This document shows, in pieces, positions 48,560 through 60,714 of a DNA stretch of 64,000 bases. The position numbers and the translations under genes were made by a program. This DNA comes from Saccostrea echinata (Eukaryota). The notes beneath the pieces were generated by a model. That model was not told where the DNA came from. It saw nothing but the letters and a program-made list of their open reading frames with translations, and did not search any database. The stretch is from assembly GCF_033153115.1 (NCBI RefSeq), contig NW_026889805.1:7874001-7938000 (forward strand). Direction: 5' to 3'. Within the stretch, counting starts at the first letter, position 1, and the number at the start of each line of letters is the position of its first letter.

Positions 48560-49200
48560 GATATACTACTCCAGGTACAGGCTGGATTCAGAAAGGGGAA
48601 ATCCTGTACACATATTTGTACTTATGCAGCTCCTGGAGCAGTCACGCAAGTGGAACAGCACACCCTACGCTGTACTTGTTGAATTTGAGAAGGCTTCGAC
48701 AGCTTGCATAGCAAGTCTCTCCGGAAAATCCTGCATCAACAAAGCATCCAACAGAAACTGGTTCACTTCATCCAGTCCTTCTATGAGAATTTTGAGTGCC
48801 AATGATAGGGAACAACCAGCTCACGAAGCCTTTTGCAGTGAATACCAGAGTAAAGGAAGGATATCCTGTCACCCATGCTCTTCTTCCTGGTAATCATCTG
48901 GGTCATGAAGAACATCACATAAGATAAAGGACAGGGATTGCAGTGGACACTGATGTCAACCCTATATAGGATCTGGATTATGCTGATGACCTTGGCCTCC
49001 TATCTATCAGACACCAATATATCCAGCAGAGGACAGAGCATCTCCATGCCACAACTAGTACAATCAGATAAAAGGTCAACATCAAAAAGACACAGGTCTT
49101 ATACAGTATTTGAGCACCACAAACAACAGCACCCCAGCAATGATCAACATTCAGCCACTAGAGGATGTTGAGGAGTTCATACATGGGAAACAAAGTCACC
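48560..49200 (+). mobile_element. Decayed RTE-type LINE reverse transcriptase fragment
   Basis: Frame-shifted QAGFRKGKSCT, LEQSRKWNSTPY...FEKA and DLDYADDLGLLS motifs. Confidence 0.8.
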
Positions 49201-49207
49201 AAAACAA

Positions 49208-49282
49208 CAATCTGATTAAAATCAGCTGTTCTGATATGCTGCCACTTACTTTCATACAGAACAGCTGATTTTAATCAGATTG
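49208..49282. repeat. Perfect 26-bp inverted repeat with a 23-nt spacer
   Basis: CAATCTGATTAAAATCAGCTGTTCTG / CAGAACAGCTGATTTTAATCAGATTG. Confidence 0.85.
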
Positions 49283-49317
49283 CCACAATAAATAATAAAC
49301 AATAATAAAGAACAATA

Positions 49318-50231
49318 AACAGAATGTGTTTGTAAAACACTGATGCCCCCGTATGACAGCTCATGGCAAAAGTTAAGTTTCTCAGGAGCAAGTCAAACTC
49401 CAAGGTCAGTAGATCAAAATTGTTGGTACTCAAATAAAGGTCTTGTCACTAAGAATACACCTGTGAAATATGAAAGCCTAGCTAGCACCAACTGTTCAAT
49501 GCGTAGCTATGGCCGACGTTAAAGTTTTGAATTTTCAAAAGTAGGTCAAACTCCAAGGTCAAAATCAATGGTGTACAAGGGAAGTTCTAATTTGTCACAA
49601 GGAATACACATATGAAATATGATTTCAAGCCCTACCACCATTCATTCAAAAGTTAAAGTTTTTCAAAAGTAAGTCAAATTCCAAGGTCAAGGACAAAAGG
49701 TAATAAACTGTTGGTAGGTATATGGCCAAGGTTAAAGTATTTCAAAATTAGATCAAAGTTCAAGGTAAAAGACTCAAAATTGTTGGTATCCAAAAGAAGT
49801 ACAAGTTTGTCGCAAGAAACACACATGTATGTGAAATATGATAACTGTAGCCCCAATTTTCAATAGTTATGGCCAAGGTTAAAGTTTTTTTCGAAAGTAG
49901 GTCGAACTCCAAGTCAAGATCAAAGGGTCAGAATTGTTGGTATCAAAGGGAACTTCAAGATCTTGTCACAATGATTACACCTGTGAAGTACGAAAGCCCT
50001 AGCACCAACCATTCGAAAGTTATAGCCAAGGTTTTATGTTTTAGTAAAATTTTGCAACAGTGGGTCAAACTCCAAGGTTAAGGTTAAGAGGTGAAAAATG
50101 TTGGTACCCAAGGAAAGGTCTTGTCGCAGGGAATACACATGTGAAATAAGCCCCAACCAATCAAAAATTATGGGCAAGGTTAAAAATTTTTCGGACAGAT
50201 AAACAGACGGATGTCGAATCTTGGGCATAAA
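49318..50231 (-). mobile_element. HINE-like element with degenerate ~150-bp tandem units
   Basis: Repeated GGTCAAACTCCAAGGTCA...TTGGTAC...TTGTCACAAGGAATACAC units; GACAGA microsatellite and GGGCATAAAA end. Confidence 0.75.
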
Positions 50232-51420
50232 ATTTACAAATGTAAATTAATACCCTGGTTGACATAGTATATTGGGCAAATACAATGCTTGAAAGTGGTC
50301 AAGTACAGTTACATGTATATAGCATGTTAATTATTTCTCTTTGTAAGATTCCTTGCTTGGAAAAAGTCATAATATGACCAGATATACTCGAAAGTTATGG
50401 GAATAGATTATTTGCTCATGTGACTAAAATAAGTTCAACATGACGTATGATAACATGTCATTTCCTTTAAAGTGGCATCATATTTGCACATTTATAAAAG
50501 AACAGAAAGCACGAAGTAAGTATAGGTATTTGGATAAATCTGATCCTTTAGTCAATTTTTTTTTAACCCGTGCTCTGAAAAAGTGATTCCTGAATCGAGC
50601 TTAAACTATCGTGTATAAAAAGGCAAAGCAATCATTTTATTACATTTTCAATTTATGATTTATTTATTGAATTTTACAGTGTGAAAGAATATCAAAGAGA
50701 TACTCTGTCACAGTGTGAAAGAATATCAGAAGTGCGGCAAGACTCGAGATTTTCCTTCCCTTCACAAACAAAGAGTGTTGTAAAAATACTCCCTGGCCTG
50801 TTATAAGATAAAATAGTAAATAAACCATCCTGAAAGAGACTAAAACTGCCAATTTTGTTTAAATCCATGTTTACAATGTTTTCAATCTCAAAATCGCTTA
50901 TAGCTATGCCGTGTAAACCACTCAACTATAAGTCTATAACATCACAACCTATGACATCGTTACAAAAAAGACAGAGGCAAAGGAAAAATGAAAGAAATGT
51001 CATTATAAACTTCACTATTTTAATGTAGAATGTGGAATTTATTTCACTCGTGAGACGGATATTTTCAAGTACATGTACATTTAGATTTACTTTTTACGTT
51101 CCACTCGTGAAATAAATTCCAAACATTGAATATCCTTTATGTTGTACATGTTTTAGAGACGGATAAACTTACACATATGTTTGATGGTATGCGTCCTTAG
51201 TATTGTCATCCATGCAAGTTCAATAAAACATAAGAGTTATAGCTGCTGATGAGAAACCCAATATTGAATAAGGTCACTCATCTAGACAAAATAAGATATA
51301 TATAATCTTATATACAATTGTATGTAACTTGCAGCTAGTATCCCAAACCCATATTTCGTATCTGTATAAAGTACAAATGGACGGATAGTTTATTAACCAC
51401 ATCTCTTCGGTATTAGAAAT

Positions 51421-51422
<2 letters not shown>

Positions 51423-51455
<33 letters not shown>
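51423..51455. repeat. (AG)n microsatellite
   Basis: Directly visible in the sequence. Confidence 0.95.
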
Positions 51456-51458
<3 letters not shown>

Positions 51459-52212
51459 CGAACATATAACTTTAAAGTTCTGCACAGATAAATATTTGAG
51501 GTATAGCTTTATGTCAGAAACGTAAAATCCAACCCAATGGTGAAATGCTCTTTAAGTCAAAATCTGTAATTTAAGTTCACTAACAACCTTAAATGATAAG
51601 TTGTCAAGTTCATGAAACAGCCATCAAATTAAAGCAAAATGCAAGATTTGATTTTTCCGTTCCATTATGAAACATAACCTTTGAATACAAATATCAGGTA
51701 AACTCAATCCTGCATTTTCTTCAACGACGATGCTACTAACAGCAGTGAATCAAGAGCAAATGAAAATACATTTACTGATGTAGTTCATGTAAGCAATTAA
51801 CAGCGATGAAACAACGACAAAAACATAACGCCAGAACAAAACGTCACTACAACTATCAATTGAAATATGCAAAAAACAAAGATTTGCAATCCTGGTAACA
51901 GTTTTTTTTGTTCAAATTCATTTGAATTTGTGGGAAGTTAATAAAAAGATGGGTTTTTTTTATAACGGGATTTTTTTCTTACGAGGAAAGACGCTTTATA
52001 CATTGTGATAGGGTGATAAATTATTACTTCGTCATTCTTATATCGCACAAAAGACACAAATAGAGCGTGATTTCAACTCTTCTTAAGTTGCATACGTTTA
52101 TTTAAATGCTGTACATGTAATGTATTCAATAGTTTAATTTGAAAAAAACACGTCATATATTAAACTGTCTGTTTTGTAGTACTTCTAAAAGAGCAAAGTT
52201 TGAAATTATACC

Positions 52213-55200
52213 ATGGAAACTAATGACGATAATGGAAATATTGGAAAATCTTCAGTGTCCTGGCAAGTGACGCAGAGGTAGGAAGTTATAAACTTTGTGA
52301 TATTTCTTTTTCCTCAAGTTCTCCATGAGCGTTCAGGGAAAATTAAAAAATGACTCGCAAGCCAGGTGACTCGTCATTAATTTAATCAACTGTACTTTAT
52401 GATTATTTATTATTAATACATTCAGTTGTATTAAAAACCTTACTGTCAATGTATAAACATCTAAAGAACAATATAGTCATGTATTAGAATTCCTATATAG
52501 AGAAGCGACCTATTTCTACTGACCCTTTAAGCTGATATTTGTACTTTAAAAAGGGCAAAGAAACTAGGGTGTTGGCGCACAAATGCAGTGCTTTCTAACA
52601 CAATTTAAAAAAAAAACTTGCCATAGCTAAAAGCAATCTTAAACGTATTTTACGTTACGACATCTTATGTTGAGTCAAAGAAAAAAAATTAAACATGAAA
52701 TTTTAGTCTCTTTTTTTTTAATAAGTTTTTCATTGTATTGTGAATTTCCATTAAAACGCATAATTACATGTCAATGTGTTGTTGTTAAATGTGCACATAA
52801 TGCGGGATAACTTGTGAAACTTGATTGAAAAATAGAGAGAGAAGGGGGGGGGTTACTTGCGACAATAACACAAAATGTGTAAGTGAAACACTAATGCCTC
52901 CGTCTAGCAAAATAAAAGTTTTTCAAATGTAGGTCAAACGTCAAGGTAACGATTTCAAAATGTTGGTACCCAAAGAAAGTCTGGTCACAAGGAACAGTCA
53001 ATACATATGTGAAATTTGAAAGTCTTAACACCAACAATTCAGAAAATATGGCCAAGGTTATAATTTTTCAAAAGTAGGTCAAACTCCAAGGTCATGTAAG
53101 AAAATGTTGGTAACAAAAGAAAGGTCTGGTCACGTGAAATACACATTTGAAATAAAAAAAGCCCTAGCATCAACCGTTCAAAAATTATGGTGAATATGGT
53201 CAAGGTTAAAGTTTTTCAAAAGTAGGTCAAACTTCAAGGACAAGGTCAAAAGATCAAATATGTTGGTACCCAAAGAAAGGTCTTGTCACAAGGAATACAC
53301 AAGTGAAATAAGAAAGCCCTAGCACCATTCAAAAGTTATGGCCAAGGATAAAGTTTTTGCGGACAAACAGACAGACAGACAGGCGGACGGACAGATCAAA
53401 AACTATATGCCTCCGAATCTTTGGCTGCGGGAACATAAAATATTTATCCATTTAAATTATTGTTTCATATAACCCTGAAAATAAGAACCAGTTTCACTTT
53501 ATTGTATAAGAACAACGTCTCATTTGACATGAGAACTGCTGATCAGTGTGTCAATTGTGACATAAAACTCCTAACGTGGAATTAAAAAAAGTGCACTTTA
53601 TATTTCTTTTATGACATAATCGACATTTTTTAGAACGATATTAAAAGAATTTTTTCCTTCATTAAATCAATCTAAATATGAAATACATATACTTGGAAAA
53701 AAGCATGTCTTTCTAAGGGAAGTCGATGTACATTCTACTAATTCATCGTAACTCTTGGCAAAATAGTGACTGCAAATTTGCAAGAAATTGACTTTCATAG
53801 ATACAGCCATATTTTTTACTTTAATTTCTGAGAAAGCCTCTTATTGTCCTCTGTTTTTTATCGTAATAAACAGGAAAAAAAAACTTCGTAATCCCATCGA
53901 ATTTATCTACTAATATTTAAGTATTGCTTTTAACGGTAGCTCACTGTCGGACTAATTAAAGGTAGATTGATCGGTGTAGATTTAGAATCAACAATGTGTT
54001 CAGTACATGTATTATCCAGTGGCGAAACATTTTTTTATCAATAAAAATGAGCAATGGCCACATCTGCTGGAAAAACACCTGAGGCAGATCAGTTTCAAAC
54101 ACTCCTAAAAGAAGTCGAAATAGGCAAAAGTTATATTTTTTCCTAGCACCATTCAAAAGTTATGGCCAAGGATAAAGTTTTTGCGGACAAACAGACAGAC
54201 AGACAGGCGGACGGACAGATAAAAACTATATGCCTCCGAATCTTTGTCTACGGGAAAATAAACATGGACCATGGACCACAAGGCTCACTTGAGTCACTTT
54301 GGCCCTACTGTTCTTCATAAGCAGAATCCGTTTGAATTTCCCTCTTAAATTTTATAAGATTCTGACTCCAAATTATGGACTATAAGAAGCCATGATTTAA
54401 TAAAAGTTCGGATGCACACAATATTGGGATGCTTCAATATCTGTACGATCAAAATGGTCCTGCTTTTCTGGATAACATTTTTTTCTATAACATGCATTTT
54501 GTAAAATTTGGGTCTTTGACTTCGGCCCAACCCCACACCAAGGGCTCATAATTATAATAAAAAAAATTATTCCACATAACTTACTTATGTTTTTCTTATG
54601 AATATGGATTAGGGTGGTCTTGGCACTATTGAAAAGATTTCGAGATAAATAAAATCTAGTACATAAGTAAACAAAACCGTTGAACATAATTCTTATTTAT
54701 TTGAGTTGCCATAGCTAGTAGGATTCATGTCCAGGTTCTGCTTTTCTCTCTTATTGTAGGATTGTAGGACAAACGAGATGAGCTACAGTTTCAGTCTCGT
54801 CAGAGACTTCTGATTGAAGTAAATGGTCACAAATGATCTTTTAATTGTATTTTTAAAGTTTACAAAATAAACAAATATTATAAGAATGCATCTATTAATT
54901 TTTTTTCAGAAGTAGTTTAATAAATAAATAAAATAAATGAAAACCTCGTAGAAAAATACATTTACCTCTTCGTACAAATCCGGAAGCCTTTCAATTTATA
55001 ATACTTTTTTTGAAGTGTCATGCAATGTGATGATTCTGCTAGAGATACGTCAACCATTCCCAGAAAATCCAGCACCTGTCGCAGAATTGCCAGGAAGATA
55101 TGTGCTGTTCTCTTCACTTTTGTCTTGTTCCAAATTGTCTTGCTTTCGACAAGAATCTCACGAATCCTCATCCACTTAATGATTTGGAAGTTGAATCCAC

Positions 55201-56863
55201 CACAGGTTAATACAACCACAACTTTAACCAGATTAGGGGGGCTTGTGCATCTAGTGGAAAAGAGAGCGTACCCTGTCTTAAATTGCAGTGCAGACAATTT
55301 CACAGCATCTCTTTGTGATTCTGGATATATCAGAAAAACTGAAATACCTAAAGCATGGGAATGTCCCCCGAAAAACTTTATTTCTTGTCAGTTAGTGGAA
55401 GACATACCATCTGTAAATGTGATGTGGGTTTGGGGTCTTGTTAGTGTCATTGCCGTACCCGATCTTTGCACAGTAATATATTCCATTTGGCGAATACGTT
55501 TCAAGGAAACTGATGCATTTGACATCCGAATGCTTTTCTTGGTGAGTTGAGATAGACTCTATGTGTGCTTTATAATCAAACAAATACGTGATTTTACCAT
55601 TGTAACACATTAAAAATCATATATATATATTCAATATTTTGTGTTTAAAGTTAAGTCCAAGACAATTGGACTGGTTCAGTTAATCAAGAATTTGTTTTAA
55701 TTTCAGAGTCTGGCAGTGGAAACATTTCATTCGACTGGTCTCTGTCTTTTGGTGTTTTTAGTGTTACCCGCGTTTGACCCCCTCACTGCCTCAGTTTTGT
55801 CACACCTTCTTGTCTTTGCTCCAGTTATTTTAAATTTCCTCAGCAAATCCAAATACCCAAGGGTGTGTTTTGCAGGCAAGGGAAATGAGCAAAAAGTCCG
55901 GATGACGATCAATAGCAGCACTTCAAGAAGCGACAGGGAAATTAAACTTGACAAAGTAGATGAAATTACAAGAAGTGAATCTGAAAGCAGTGAAAACTTC
56001 AGCAAAGCGTCCTCTGTGAAAGAAATTACAAACAACAAGATTGTCTCAAGCATCGTAAGAGTCTTCAGTATTTTAAGTCTGCTGATGGCGTATGGGTTCA
56101 GCATTGGTTATATCAACGAGAAAGCAGGCGACAATGTTGAGAGTGGGACAATTAGTGCATTACTGATTGTGTCGTCAGTTCTGGTTTCCTTCAATTATTG
56201 GGAAAACTTCTTGATTTTCAGTTCGCCAATAGGTAGAGTAGGGGAGAAATCTAGCGGCAATTGCTGCAAAACTATAAAGCTGAAATCTTTTCTTTCCAAA
56301 TACACTCGGTCAAAGAAAGAAAAAGTTTTAATTTTAACAATGTTATGGAAAATTACACTGACTGTTGTTTTTCCATATATGATATTTTCATTGCGGTCAA
56401 GTGGCAAATCAATAAATGTAGCAAAAGCTATATCCTTCATGGGTTCTGCGAAGATCAGAACCCTAACCGGAGAAGTCGTTTTAGAATCACGATCTTACAT
56501 TTCTTACGGATGTCACAGAAATGATGTTGGGATACTGCTTCTCATTACAAATATCCTTGGATTTATTTGTTTCCTGAGTACACGATTTGCATGTAGAGTT
56601 AACCTCCAAATGGTATGTTTTTCCGTACCCCTCATGATGAGTTTGATTGCAACACCTTTTGTATTCATTCCAGTAATAAAGTATCCCCTGGACTTGACGG
56701 CGGACTTTTGCAATGTGGCACAGCCTTTATGGGGATTTAAAGTAGATACTATAGGACCAATAATGCTTCTAATGTTTGCCGGGGTGTTTGGATCTATCAC
56801 GTGCATTTTACTGACACTGTACATATGGAGAAACAGTGCATCAATATTGGACAAAAACGGAAG
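52213..56863 (+). CDS. CHS: Chitin synthase, N-terminal multi-pass membrane domain A; catalytic exons lie beyond the right edge
   Basis: Exons 52213-52277 (less certain first exon, phase 2), 55016-55541 and 55707-56863. Motifs typical of metazoan chitin synthase domain A: WVWGL..IAVPD, ETFHSTGLCLLVFLVLPAFD, SFNYWENF, LWKI, FACRVNLQMVCFSVP and TLYIW. The last exon ends at a strong donor AG|GTAAGA. Confidence 0.85.
52880..53440 (-). mobile_element. HINE-like element with ~3 tandem units; its terminal ~120 bp is duplicated at 54142-54260
   Basis: Same family as 49318-50231; (GACA)n microsatellite end. Confidence 0.75.
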
Positions 56864-57696
56864 GTAAGATGGAATCTCAGGCCCGTAGGAAGCAATTTCG
56901 GGGGGGGGGGGGGGGGGGAGGGGGCACAACCAAACATTTTCAGTTTGGGAGGGCACGACCAAATAATTCAAATTTCCTTGACAAACAAAAAAAGGTCATC
57001 AGATGTTACTATTATTGAGAGGGTACAACCATATAGTAGCTATGTTTTCTATATAGTATTCTATATATCGCCAAAATTATTGGTTTCTACGAACATGGAT
57101 CTTGCTAGATCATTGAAACTTAGTGCTGGTAACAAAAGGGAAAAACTCAGCCGGATAACCGCTACTGTTTAACGTGGATGAAAACTTTTTACAACTCGTT
57201 TTTGATTTTCTTAGAATAGATATAATTTATATTTCAAATTCTTGCCTTTTTAGGATAACATTGGATACATTGATGGGAAGGTGTTAATAAATTAGTTTAC
57301 TAAATGTAACTTAAACAGGGATTATGACCGTATATATGGATAAGAAAATTTAAAGGAATAAAACATATGTACGAAACGAAAAAAAAAAAAAAAAAAAAGA
57401 AGTGAAGGGAATTGAGTGGACTTTTGTTTTGAAACGATATCCACGACACGCAAACTGTTTGAAATGCTTTATCTATTATGTCCGTGTGTTCACATTTTTG
57501 GGGAAAATTTGTTATTAACCTACAAGGATTATCCAAGAAGCCAAAGGACCAAAAGAAGTTTACATGTACATATGTCATTTATTTAAACTGGAAAAGTTTA
57601 AACTAAAAGTTAAGACATCCCTTTTACTCTGTGTATTTGTGTTCTTCAAAAAATACTAATTAAAAAAAAAAAACAATTAAAAATTGAGAAATATGT

Positions 57697-58790
57697 CAAC
57701 GGACATGAATGCACCGCTCAGGGCTCATTAGTAATGTAGCATGAAAAGAAATGTACCTTGCTTCTTCGTTTAAGATTAGGATAGTGAGGATTAGTAAGGT
57801 GAAGGTCACAGGGATGGTTAAGATCAGAAAATTATGACACAATTGAATAGCCTCTCCAATATTTATTAGTGTATGACTTTTGATGAAAATATCTTGAAAA
57901 GTTTCTTGGAAAATGATTTTTAAACACAAGATAAAAAATTGGATACAATTGATAAGTTCTCACTAATATGTAACAGTACATGTGTGTAGATAAAAAAAAA
58001 TATGTAAAATAATTTCTTTGAAACTGAGATAAATGAAAAATAAAGAAAAGTAAGGTCAAGGTCATACATTTTGGAAACAGTTGAATAGTTCTCACTAATA
58101 TGAATCAGTAAATATGTCTAGATAAAAATATCCGGAATAGTGTCTTTAAAATTGAGCAAAAAGAAATTTAAGAAATCAAAGTCGGGGTCACAGCGAAGGT
58201 CAAGGTAAAAAAAAAATTGATGCAGTTTTAAGAGCTTTTTCCAGTATGATCAGCATAGTTTCTTTGAAATTGATCTAACACAAATTTAAGAATAGTAAGG
58301 TAAAGGTCAAAGGGAAGGTCAAGGTAAAAAAAATTTGATGCATTTGAATAGCTCTCAATAATATGTATCAGCATATGAAGTTTCATAAAAATGATTTGTT
58401 TATTTGAAACCGAGCTAAATGCAAATAAGAGAAAGACGTCAAAATCAAAGGTCAAATGTTTTTATGCATTTCAATTGCACTCACTGAAGTTTGAGAAAAA
58501 TAAACATGTCTTGAACTTAGCTATATGCAAATTTAAGAAAAGTGAGATCAATTTCAAAGGGAAGATCGAGGTAAAAAATTATTGATACAATTGAATCGAT
58601 CTCGCAAATATGAATCAGGATATGAAGATTGATAAAATTATCTTGAATATTTTCTTTGAAACTGAGCTAATTTATTACATATTTAAGAAAAGTAAGGTCA
58701 AGGTCAAAGGAAAGGTAAAAAAAAGTGTTGATGCAGTTAATATGTATCAGCATATGAAGTTTGATAAACATGCCCTGAAAAATTTCTTTA
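57697..58790 (-). mobile_element. Degenerate tandem array (AAGGTCAAGGT-containing units), probably a HINE remnant
   Basis: Recurrent AAGGTCAAGG...TTGATGCA...AATATG.ATCAG...GAAACTGAG blocks. Confidence 0.6.
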
Positions 58791-58792
58791 AT

Positions 58793-59122
58793 CGATTGAT
58801 TGTTGTTTAACGTCCCATTCGAGAATTTTTCACTCAAGTAGAGACGTCACCGTATATGCCTGAAAGGCTTCAAATTTAGACCTATACTCGACACTCAGGG
58901 CCACTGAGCAGTGGGGGTTCTTTATTTTGCCAACGCCTGCAGTGACACGGATCTCGGTTTTTAAGGTCTCCTCCGAAAGACCCATGACTTTCACTTCCTA
59001 ATGCTGGGCGTTTGGCGAAGGAACAATCACCACTGAATCACTACCTATACTTAGGTTTGACACAGCGCGGCGAACAAGAATCGAACCCGGGCCTCTCGAT
59101 CACGAAGCGAGCGCCCTACCAC
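58793..59122 (-). mobile_element. tRNA-derived SINE, near full length
   Basis: Minus-strand head GTGGTAGGGCGCTCGCTTCGTGATCGAGAGGCCCGGGTTCGATTC (A/B boxes); body homologous to 28335-28815. Confidence 0.82.
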
Positions 59123-60714
59123 TATCACAACTTTATGAAATGTTTTGAATAGTCTTACTATATTGGTGGCATTTGCCCGGTGGATATATTTATGCCAAGA
59201 CAATCGATGTATCAGAGTAAAATAATATACACCATGCATTTTTTTTTCAATCAGGCAATTTGTAAAACCGTCATATTGTGGAATATTTCTCGACCTTTCC
59301 TTGCTACTCACAAGAAATCAAGATATTGAACAAACAGCAGAAAAAACGAAAAAGGTGAATATATATATATATATACTCAACTTAAGTTGAACATTTTTAA
59401 CACACGTGTATACTTACCGCTAATTTGTCTAACATCATGCGTGCATTTCATTCCAGGGAGAAGAACAAAGTCCTAAGGAGGAAAAGTCGTATTATCCATT
59501 TGTGTACTTACAGTATATGATGAGGGATAAACTTACAAAATCCCGAAATTATGAAACAAACTTCTGAGAACTGTGTCCGTTTGTTGCATTTAGTTAATAT
59601 GTATATAAATGTATCATAATTTTTTTTTCAAATGGTTAAAAATGAAAATACACATTCCTATTTTTTTTTAAATTAATTTCTTTCCATGCAAAAATATTAT
59701 AAAGAAATGTATAGGAGATAAAATACTAAGTTTAGGTAACGAGCTGTTTACATATATGATTTTTCCTCTCAGTCGTTGATTTGAATGTTACATACATCGT
59801 GGTGTAGTAAACAAATTCTTTTGTGCGATATTGGAGCGTGGTTTAAATGTTGGAAATATGAACTATATACATGTATACAACATAATATTGTCTACTCATA
59901 CAATTATTACATAGAAGTATTATTTTAGAGTTTATAAACGTATACAATTAAAAACTCTTGAAGTACAATTGTAGCACCATGTCAAAATCATACGTTTTTG
60001 TAAAATGTGTTAGATATTTTGTTATATAGAGAAACAGACAGTCGGAATTACATACTTTGTTTACATCAGAAATTATTATACCTGATTATATAGTATGAAT
60101 ACCTGGTACAAAAATCATTAAAAATATATTTGAAAAAGAATATCCTCCTCGAGGTAGCAGATCGATATATAGTTCTTTCAGTCCCTAGCAGAACCATGGG
60201 GTCTAGGAGCAGACTAGGCCCCTAAATGCACGACATGCATGTCCAACCTATAGCCCCCAACTATGTGTCAAATAACTTCATTGCATTGTTAACGGCCTGG
60301 GGAAGTCAACGGCTACGGAAGGAAATTCGTGTAGATGAGCTCTATTGCAAGGGAAAGCAGTAATCTAGGGGAAGGAAAACACCAACATAAAAGCACTGGT
60401 CCTCCGAGATCAGTACTAGTATGCTGGCCAGCAATCCTAACATGAAAAAATCTTAACCAGGAAACAAAACGGTGGAAGAAGAATGAATTTCAGACGATAA
60501 GAATTGAACAAGAAACAGATAAGAAAAAAATTTAAGAGGCTAAAAGATCTGCCCCAAGCAGAATATCAGGACATAGCCAAGGAGGAAAAAAGGTGTGCAG
60601 ACAAGAGGGCACACACGGAAAAACTAGCTAATGAAGCAGAACAAGTAGCTTCCGAACAAGGCATACAGAAACTCTATCGAATAATAAAAAAACACTAGCT
60701 TCCATTCGTCAGAC

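Noticed and set aside
42830-51140. Composite transposon formed by two direct repeat copies around the nuclease-like gene
   Set aside because: The interval also contains ABHD16A exon 1, the copies are diverged, and a third copy lies at the window start; independent insertions are simpler.
54760-54818. Extra chitin synthase exon with a duplicated TTGTAGGA acceptor
   Set aside because: Both acceptors hit stops in the phase required by exon 52213-52277; at most a non-coding or unused exon.
54962-56971. Antisense ORFs of 113-152 aa over the chitin synthase exons, and similar ones over other exons and TEs
   Set aside because: Shadow frames of real exons or repeats with no independent protein features.
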